Positions 57,352 through 64,000 of a stretch of 64,000 nt of DNA are shown here, piece by piece. Below the pieces are notes generated by a model. The model searched no databases. It saw nothing but the letters and a program-made list of their open reading frames with translations, and was not told where the DNA came from. The position numbers and the translations under genes were made by a program. The stretch lies in IMG/VR virus record IMGVR_UViG_3300018405_000011; one strand, given 5' to 3'. How positions within the stretch are numbered: the stretch's first letter is position 1; the number at the start of each line of letters is the position of its first letter. Source of the stretch: a virus. Lineage: Duplodnaviria > Caudoviricetes.

Positions 57352-57383
57352 TTACTAGAGGAGACCTTAGTCTCCTCTAGTAA
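57352..57383. terminator. Bidirectional terminator; copy 2 of the 26 nt direct repeat
   Basis: TTACTAGAGGAGAC-CTTA-GTCTCCTCTAGTAA between convergent genes. Confidence 0.8.
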
Positions 57384-57399
57384 TATCAATCTTCCTTTT

Positions 57400-57924
57400 T
57401 TAATGAAGCGGTGCCCCAGCACGAATGGCTTGCCTTGCTTGATGCGCTATGTAAGGAGACAGTACCTCTCCGTCTACACTAAGCTGAGCTGGTAATGTCG
57501 GATTAACTACACAGGCTACAAAGTCTTCGTCCTTCCCATTGCGTGTCGCAATACGTGATACCGCTAGTGCAGGAAAATGAAAGTTCTTAGGGCCACTTTC
57601 ATCAACGAGGTCTAGGTATATTACACCACTAGGAATATCATACGTACAGGAACGCATGACTTGTCTAGCCGTACCCCCTATCTGGAATAGCCGATATAGG
57701 TCATGCCCTATAGTGGCTATTGGAGTATCCCCTGTTTTCCAGTCCTCGTCGTAGCGGGCTACTTTACCCGTAACAGGGTCAGCATGTCCAACCTGTATCC
57801 AAAGTAGTACATCCGTCATTTCTTTCTGGGTACTAAGTCGCCCCATAGCATGACTAAAGTTTGTCCATCCCATAGGCATAATGTACGACATTAGGAAGCC
57901 GTAAGTATCTGCTTCTACCGTCAT
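57400..57924 (-). CDS. Hypothetical protein
   Basis: GGGGA RBS on the minus strand; 174 aa. Confidence 0.5.
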   Translation of the reverse strand: MTVEADTYGFLMSYIMPMGWTNFSHAMGRLSTQKEMTDVLLWIQVGHADPVTGKVARYDEDWKTGDTPIATIGHDLYRLFQIGGTARQVMRSCTYDIPSGVIYLDLVDESGPKNFHFPALAVSRIATRNGKDEDFVACVVNPTLPAQLSVDGEVLSPYIAHQARQAIRAGAPLH

Positions 57925-57952
57925 GTAGGTTCCCCTTAACGTTATAGTGCAT

Positions 57953-57978
57953 ATAGGTGAGGTAACGCCCTCACCTAT
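57953..57978 (-). terminator. Terminator after thyX
   Basis: ATAGGTGAGG / CCTCACCTAT stem. Confidence 0.6.
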
Positions 57979-57996
57979 TCGCTAACTTTGACTTTT

Positions 57997-59382
57997 TTAC
58001 TTTTTAATAATGGTTTGCTCTGCACGGCGGGTGTCTAAGACGTCATTACCCTTTCTATTTATATAAAGAGGGAAGTTACAGAACGTAGCTAATGCGTTAC
58101 CCATGTTAATGGCCACTTCGCGCACTGTAGCGTGGCAATTGACCCCAGACCTGAGCTCGGCCACGTAGACCGCATTGTCAATCGGATACGACGCTTCTAC
58201 GTCGACTAGAGAACCCATAGGTAACATGTATTCTATGTCTTCGGACGGAATCCCTAAAGCACGTAACTGGCTAGCTGCGGCGTGGACTTCACCCAAGATA
58301 ACATTAACGTCATCATAAACGCCCGCATTAGCGAATTGCTCACGGTACCAACTATGCAAGGTACCTGCTTCCATTAGACTACGACGAATGTTCCCTTTAC
58401 GGTGACGGTTTAAATCACGGAAACCACCAAAGTCGATACTATAAGCAAAGCTAGCACGCCCATAGTGACCAATATCGTCTGGTAAACGAGCGTGTCTAGG
58501 GCGTTCCCACAACTTTAGGTCACGTGTGTAGCTGTCTAATCCATCCACATCTAAAGTGTTTAGATTTAGAGAGATTAAGCCTTCTGGTACAGAACCGTCG
58601 TCGTTTAATAGGAACCCGGAATGTTTTGTCAACCAGTCATTAGACGCAGCATCTTTTACAGTGAAAGAGCTTGGGTACTCGGCAAGCATTGCTTCTAGTA
58701 TATCAGATGCCATCTGACGAACTTCTAGGTTAGAATGATTTGCTAAAATACCGATGACCTGACGGAAGTTCTCTAAGTTACCATCCCATACCCCAACTGT
58801 TTTAAGCCCTGACGGTAACAAAGAACGACAAATATCGAATGAACGTGGGCGTACAGTAGCTTCCCATTTAGCATCACTCACGTCGTCTGGCTTTTCTAAG
58901 TTGGCCATTAGGGAATCATAAACACGGTCTAGTACACGGGTATACGTAGCCATAAGTATGTCAGTGATGCGTAAATATGTCTCTAGCGCATCTGGGTGAG
59001 CTTGAATGCTTTCTGGGATAACAACGTTCTCAGCAGAGAATGGAATATAGCGAGTGGACGATTCCTGACCTGCATAGAGTGGATTTAAGTTCTGTAGATG
59101 GTTGATAGCAATCATAGAAATGCCCGTAATGAAAACCTTGGAGCTTGAGCACTTGCCAATTGAGTCATGTCCGTAACCTATTAGGTATGTAGACATAAAC
59201 TTATCAGCGCCTTCGCGCATTACTTTCTCTAAGTTCGCTCTAGGCCCATCCTTAGAGCGGCTACATAAAGCAGACAACATTGCCGAGGCTTCAGCATTCA
59301 TGCCGTACTTTGCTGAATCCACAACAGTAATAGTTAGGTTCTTTGCTTCTTGATTAAACGAGTTATTTCCACTCATTGTCAT
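57997..59382 (-). CDS. thyX: Flavin-dependent thymidylate synthase, tandem-domain type
   Basis: GYGHDSI, QESSTRY, DICRSLLP (domain 1) and DFGGFRDLNRHR, YMLPMG, Y..ELRS (domain 2). Confidence 0.8.
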   Translation of the reverse strand: MTMSGNNSFNQEAKNLTITVVDSAKYGMNAEASAMLSALCSRSKDGPRANLEKVMREGADKFMSTYLIGYGHDSIGKCSSSKVFITGISMIAINHLQNLNPLYAGQESSTRYIPFSAENVVIPESIQAHPDALETYLRITDILMATYTRVLDRVYDSLMANLEKPDDVSDAKWEATVRPRSFDICRSLLPSGLKTVGVWDGNLENFRQVIGILANHSNLEVRQMASDILEAMLAEYPSSFTVKDAASNDWLTKHSGFLLNDDGSVPEGLISLNLNTLDVDGLDSYTRDLKLWERPRHARLPDDIGHYGRASFAYSIDFGGFRDLNRHRKGNIRRSLMEAGTLHSWYREQFANAGVYDDVNVILGEVHAAASQLRALGIPSEDIEYMLPMGSLVDVEASYPIDNAVYVAELRSGVNCHATVREVAINMGNALATFCNFPLYINRKGNDVLDTRRAEQTIIKK

Positions 59383-60509
59383 TTTCCTTTTTCTCTTAAT
59401 GATTTTAAAATAGTATTCGTTAACTCAAGGTATTCATCTGTCCCATAATTAACTACACGTGTTTCAGTAAACCCTTCTGGAAGCATTTCTGACGGAAGCC
59501 TTTCCCCTTGGAGTTTCTCCCCCAGTTGCTTTTCGAGGAAATAACTAATATTTTTATCTACATGCCAGTAGTCCAGAATATAACTTTTAGGCCATAGCAC
59601 GCGATAGTGTTTCAGGCGGCCTCTCGGTGCGATGGAAGTCCCATATTTAAAAATATTTTTACCTTGATAGGTTCCAAGGTAGATTAAATAAATGGCGGTA
59701 GTTTCTTTCTCATCATTGCATTTTTGGCACCCATATAGGTTATAATAACTCCGTGGTGGAATATTAAGTTTATGTCCGTAACGACACATTACCCAATGTG
59801 GAATCAGTTGCCCGAGCCACTCCTTGGATAGAACCTTAAACATGTCCCCATATAACGTATTCAGCTTAAACTGAAAATCATCAATTGTTCTGATGGTATC
59901 AGTATCACACATGCTACAACCATGGCCATTCAACAGGTTATAAACATGTTGTTCTCTCTGTCCATGAATGGGACAAACGAAGCTTATTTTTGAATCCGTG
60001 CCCATATATGTATTCTCTATAAACCTATACTTATCTCCGTGAACACTTTTAAGCTTACCATGGACAATACTAAACGGTATGATTCTATCACGATCACATG
60101 CCTCCTTTGAACATCTAGGGCAGCCGGTTGGCGACTGGAGGTGCGATAAGGGGGTTGCAGTGAACTCCCCATGTGTTTTGCAGACTAGTGTGATTTTAGT
60201 ATCCTGATTAATATAGTCGACGAGACTATAATCAAAAAGGTTTCCAAATTTCTCTTTGCTTAAACCGATGAACTCATTATTAGTTCTTTTAAAGTGCTGC
60301 CGTCGGACTTCAATACCGCAAGCTTTACATCCGGCTGGCTTTGTTTTTCTCGTGTGATTTCCAATACTCTGGGTGAAAGGGCCATGGTGTGGACAGAGTA
60401 TATTTACATGGTCGGACATACGATCGAAGTCAACAAGTGAATAATCGTATTTATCACCATGTGCCTTTTTTGCCCTTTCTAGGAAAAGGCTATATTTTAT
60501 GCTATCCAT
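59379..60509 (-). mobile_element. Free-standing putative homing endonuclease: four DUF723-like Zn repeats plus C-terminal GIY-YIG-like domain
   Basis: Four repeats of F...(H)GDKY.Y...Y......C..HG.....H....GC..C; AIYLIY...FKYG...R.RL; visibly more AT-rich than its neighbours. Confidence 0.7.
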
Positions 60510-60527
60510 GACCTTTCCCTTTTATTT

Positions 60528-60998
60528 TTAGTGCATATAGGTATCTAGATAAGCCAGAGCCTCATCTGGAAAGTATTTGGGTTCTTCGCCTGGGACAGGC
60601 AGTCCCTCTTTTAAAAAGATACGTAAGAGTTCTTTTAACTGTGTTAAGCTGATAGTTTCTTGTGTATCATGGATTTCTTTAAGGAAACCATGATAGCCGA
60701 ATGTAAAGGTATGGCCTTCGTGGTCGAAGTTCCCCCAGCTTTTGTGCCAGCCCCATATGGTGCCACCGAAGAAACCAAAGATGCAGATAGCCGTCCAGTA
60801 CTCCTGCTCTGTCTTTAAATGGATTTGCTGGTCTAACAATTTATCACGGATAGCCTTAACAGGTACCGGGTAGGTATCTAAGTCAGGTAACGTAGGTGCT
60901 CTAAATACAACACACTCTTTAAGAGCATCCCAGTCATCGTTAAAGATAGCTCGGGCAATCATTAGTCCGATAGACGGACCCTTTTCGTTGAATTCCAT
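60528..60998 (-). CDS. Hypothetical protein
   Basis: AAGGA RBS; 156 aa. Confidence 0.5.
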   Translation of the reverse strand: MEFNEKGPSIGLMIARAIFNDDWDALKECVVFRAPTLPDLDTYPVPVKAIRDKLLDQQIHLKTEQEYWTAICIFGFFGGTIWGWHKSWGNFDHEGHTFTFGYHGFLKEIHDTQETISLTQLKELLRIFLKEGLPVPGEEPKYFPDEALAYLDTYMH

Positions 60999-61009
60999 TT
61001 GGGTATTCC

Positions 61010-61327
61010 TTAATCGTCAATTTCGTCAATGGGTAGGAGAGGTACGGTTTGTCCTGCTAAGGCATGGGTACAGTCATTCAGGTACTGGATATTACCCTCC
61101 TTAATAAAACTATGGCAGCGGCACGGAGTGCGTTCCTCACCCCAAGTAAACTCTACGAGTAATGAAGGGGATAAGGTAGGTTTATCTAAGTCACCATTAA
61201 ACAGCCATGTAGGTCGATTAGGTACGTCTTTTACTGTGTAAAAGACATGCTCCATTTTACATCCGGCGCAGTAAAACTCAAATATGCCAGGGACACTACC
61301 GAACGGTCTTACTTTACGCTGAGACAT
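61010..61327 (-). CDS. DUF6527-like small Cys/His-rich protein
   Basis: F.C.GC..EH, W.FNG....PT.SPS, CHSF...G.IQYL.DCTH.LAGQTVPL. Confidence 0.65.
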   Translation of the reverse strand: MSQRKVRPFGSVPGIFEFYCAGCKMEHVFYTVKDVPNRPTWLFNGDLDKPTLSPSLLVEFTWGEERTPCRCHSFIKEGNIQYLNDCTHALAGQTVPLLPIDEIDD

Positions 61328-61339
61328 TATAACACCGCC

Positions 61340-61915
61340 TTATTTAAACATTCCGAGATATTTACCGACTAGCCATCCTTTATGGTTTACTACCCATGGA
61401 CCATAGTGACCTTTAATCGTCACTCTTTCAACTAACCCTAGGTCAACTAAGCTACCGCGGTCTGCTTTAGAAGGCATGTCACCATCCTCTAGCCCTTGAC
61501 TCATGCCAATCTTTTGCAGGGTTTCCTTTTGACCTCCGGTTAAACGCTTACCGATAATCACGGCATAGGCGTTTTTAATCCATTCGGACTCATCATCAGC
61601 GAACAGCATATTGGGTTCTTTAAAGACAACGTTTAACCCTTCAGCTAGGTAGAGATGATCACGCGCAAAGGTTCTGAAGAACTCTACGTCTTTATAATGC
61701 GAAGGTAAGTATTCGACATCAACCTTTGTCATTAGTTCACCGTAAGCGGTGAGCTGTTTCTTCACGAACTCTTCTAAAATACGTACGACGTCATCTTCAT
61801 CGAGATTAGGGCCGAAGAGTTGTTCTGGATAACGATTACTGTAAAGTTTGCCATCACTGCCTACATTAGACAAAGTAATGTAGCGTTTGGCTTGTTCGAG
61901 TTGGGTAAGATTCAT
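61340..61915 (-). CDS. Hypothetical protein
   Basis: AAGGA RBS; 191 aa. Confidence 0.5.
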   Translation of the reverse strand: MNLTQLEQAKRYITLSNVGSDGKLYSNRYPEQLFGPNLDEDDVVRILEEFVKKQLTAYGELMTKVDVEYLPSHYKDVEFFRTFARDHLYLAEGLNVVFKEPNMLFADDESEWIKNAYAVIIGKRLTGGQKETLQKIGMSQGLEDGDMPSKADRGSLVDLGLVERVTIKGHYGPWVVNHKGWLVGKYLGMFK

Positions 61916-62018
61916 GGTAGGGTTCCTTATTGAGATAGTCTATCATAGTATCTCAACAGTCGATTAAATAACACAAGGTGAAATTCTATAGTAAGCTACT
62001 TAGATAAGGACTACCCAC

Positions 62019-62528
62019 ATGTTACGTAACAGTATTACCCGTAAAGTTGCCCAGCTTAGTCAAGCCCACGATGAAGCTGTTGCATTAATTAAAGACGCTA
62101 TTAAAGCATACGATAAGCACGACTTGATTATCATCGCGCTAGGGCGCTTAACTGATGAAGCCAGAGGCATTGTACAGCCTTTAATCGCTCACGCCGTTAA
62201 AGGGCGTGGAGAGTCGTCTTTAGCCTTAGGGTCAACGTTTGAATCCCTTAGAGAACCTAAAGCATGGGGCGTAAGTGAAGAAGAGATGTTAAACGTGTTT
62301 CAGTTAACCGTGCCAGACACGGAGTATCTGAAAACCATTGAACTCTCTATTGTCGAGCAGATGGAAACCATCCGTAAAGACTTCAGTAAAAGCATCTTTA
62401 TTGTAGACCGCTACTTTACAGAAACGGCTAAAGCCAACGGGCATCCTGTTTCAGAAGTTTATCGATACGCGGCACGTGTTGATAAAGTGGCTATATTTAA
62501 CATCCCATTCCTAGAAAGCGAAGAATAA
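62019..62528 (+). CDS. Hypothetical protein
   Basis: AAGGA RBS; 169 aa. Confidence 0.5.
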   Translation: MLRNSITRKVAQLSQAHDEAVALIKDAIKAYDKHDLIIIALGRLTDEARGIVQPLIAHAVKGRGESSLALGSTFESLREPKAWGVSEEEMLNVFQLTVPDTEYLKTIELSIVEQMETIRKDFSKSIFIVDRYFTETAKANGHPVSEVYRYAARVDKVAIFNIPFLESEE

Positions 62529-62531
62529 GAA

Positions 62532-62562
62532 TACTCCTCTACCTTTAGCGGGTAGAGGAGTA
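62532..62562. terminator. Bidirectional terminator
   Basis: TACTCCTCTACC-TTTAGCG-GGTAGAGGAGTA between convergent genes. Confidence 0.8.
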
Positions 62563-62569
62563 AGTCTTT

Positions 62570-64000
62570 TTATTTTACTGTATAGTACCGCTGTATGTCC
62601 ACGATGTCATGGTACCACACTTCACGAGAATCTATCTCTGGGATAGTAAAGTCATCGATACCTTCTAACCCCACGTCTAAATCCTCAGTCCACTCTAAGT
62701 CGTAGCCGTCTATGCCTTCTAGTCCTAACATGAACCCTACAGAAGTAATACCTCCATCACCCATCATAGCCTCTGTCATCTGTTTACTCCACTCAGCCAA
62801 GTCAAGACTACGCGTTGTTAGGTTATCTTCAGGACGTGTATCGAGTAACGGGGTTACGACGTGAACCTTAGCGTCTTGCCCTAACCGGTCAACACGACTA
62901 ACGGCTTGGTTGCGTATATGTTCTCTAAATGGAGTATCATAGAGTATAACCGTATTACACTCAATAACAGGTACAGCAGTAGACAAGGACGGATAAGTTG
63001 CTATCAAAGGGTTAGCTTCTGGATTACGCTGGAGTTCCTTCATGATGTCAGTAAGCTGACTGTTCGTATCCCCATAGACTAACAATGGCTTAAAACCATC
63101 CTTACGGACTTGCTCAGCAATTCGGTCTACAACATCCACATAAGAGGTAAAGATAAGGGTCTTTTTCTCACTCTGGTCAATAATGTCCTTAAAGGGAACA
63201 TGTGCCACCATAGAACGCAGGGCATCCATACGTAACCGAGTAATCATCCCCAATGACTCGCCCTGTATGACAAGATGTAGATATTTATATTTAGAGATAA
63301 GCTTACGAAACTCTAACGCATCCTTCTTATCCATGCGTGGTTCTATCACGTCTTTCTCGTACCTCTTTAACTGAGGGAACCAGTCCTTCTGGAGCTCCAT
63401 GCTAAAGTGCTTACGGATTTGCTCTACCTTACTGCGGTATTCCCGATAGATAGGCCATTCCTCTTTAGATAAGGTAGATTCATGGTCTTTAAGGTATTGT
63501 TCCGTTTTCTTAACGATGGTCGGTATTTGAGGTTTATAATACTCGATTCTATCTTCAATAAACTCCCTTACTTTACGACGGACTTCATTTAACGTATAGT
63601 CTTTCCCGTTAGGGATTTCGATTTGAAGAGTATATTCCTCTTTCTCGTTATTTACGACAGCTTGTTTTTCTATCTTAAAGCTTAAGCTTGTTAAACGGTG
63701 ATTTAGTACATCTAATGCACGCCCTACTGTAGCCCCATAAAGTCCCACGAAAGCCTTTCTAACGTCCTCTGTGAAGAGAGGGTCGATAGTGGTAAGGAAA
63801 GGCACTGCTTCTTTACCAATCGCCTTTAGAGGGGTACCTGAAGCCCATACGACATGGTTAGCCTGAGTTTCTTTACATAGCTGAATAAATGTATTCGTGC
63901 GAGCAGAAACTATTTCGTTAAAGTTATGGGACTCATCTAGCCATATAGTAACAACTTTATTGGCAAGCTTAGGGGCGATATCTAAAAGTCTAGGTAAGGA
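62570..64000 (-). CDS. Superfamily 2 helicase, C-terminal part; begins beyond the window
   Basis: Frame is open to 64000: IWLDESH (motif II), ASGTP (III), IFTSY (IV), LSTAVP (V), QA.SRVDRLGQ (VI). Confidence 0.85.
   Translation of the reverse strand, partial: SLPRLLDIAPKLANKVVTIWLDESHNFNEIVSARTNTFIQLCKETQANHVVWASGTPLKAIGKEAVPFLTTIDPLFTEDVRKAFVGLYGATVGRALDVLNHRLTSLSFKIEKQAVVNNEKEEYTLQIEIPNGKDYTLNEVRRKVREFIEDRIEYYKPQIPTIVKKTEQYLKDHESTLSKEEWPIYREYRSKVEQIRKHFSMELQKDWFPQLKRYEKDVIEPRMDKKDALEFRKLISKYKYLHLVIQGESLGMITRLRMDALRSMVAHVPFKDIIDQSEKKTLIFTSYVDVVDRIAEQVRKDGFKPLLVYGDTNSQLTDIMKELQRNPEANPLIATYPSLSTAVPVIECNTVILYDTPFREHIRNQAVSRVDRLGQDAKVHVVTPLLDTRPEDNLTTRSLDLAEWSKQMTEAMMGDGGITSVGFMLGLEGIDGYDLEWTEDLDVGLEGIDDFTIPEIDSREVWYHDIVDIQRYYTVK

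Noticed and set aside
1414-63374. About 45 short ORFs in the track that lie antisense or out of frame within long genes (e.g. 3930-4199, 10989-11684, 19772-20035, 25996-26445, 33015-33365, 54306-54746, 55156-55479)
   Set aside because: They are fully overlapped by well-supported genes, lack RBS or motifs, and show the Ser/Leu/Ala-rich composition typical of shadow frames.
1-64000. CRISPR array, tRNA or rRNA genes
   Set aside because: No regularly spaced repeats. GGTTCGA-like strings (about 4305, 52542) fall inside coding regions with no cloverleaf. Intergenic gaps are short.
1-64000. Stop-codon reassignment, introns or inteins
   Set aside because: Standard-code ORFs tile both strands densely. 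DnaB, RNAP subunit, capsid and portal are uninterrupted, with no evident intein (C...HN) or LAGLIDADG blocks.
1-64000. Naming the phage species or host, or asserting a phage nucleus
   Set aside because: Chimallin, tubulin and host-diagnostic genes are not in this window; only phiKZ-like affinity is supported.

Overview
This 64 kb window is a core segment of a phiKZ-like jumbo phage genome (Chimalliviridae-type gene order, standard genetic code). About 1-35 kb is the conserved block: partial DNA polymerase exonuclease subunit, head/inner-body proteins with S/A/G-(M/L)-E prohead-protease sites, baseplate/neck proteins, DnaB helicase, major capsid protein, a non-virion RNA polymerase beta-like subunit, RuvC and portal. 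About 35-64 kb is accessory: SleB-like and GH19 wall hydrolases, a two-domain HU/IHF protein, PhoH, dTMP kinase, tandem-domain ThyX with an upstream GIY-YIG-like endonuclease, a PNK kinase domain, two displaced head-protein paralogs and a partial SF2 helicase. The most striking observations are: (1) a Cfr/RlmN-like radical-SAM enzyme that keeps the methyl-carrier Cys but appears to lack the resolving Cys and catalytic Glu, inside a coupled operon with an RNA-repair-type HAD phosphatase; (2) an early cluster of three HslV/proteasome-beta-like genes plus a tiny Cys-His-Asp protein; (3) two early promoters each followed at once by a hairpin, a C-rich anti-SD-like tract and T6, suggesting small RNAs. 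No tRNA, rRNA or CRISPR array was seen. phiKZ gp numbers and family names come from recalled motifs and synteny, not database searches.
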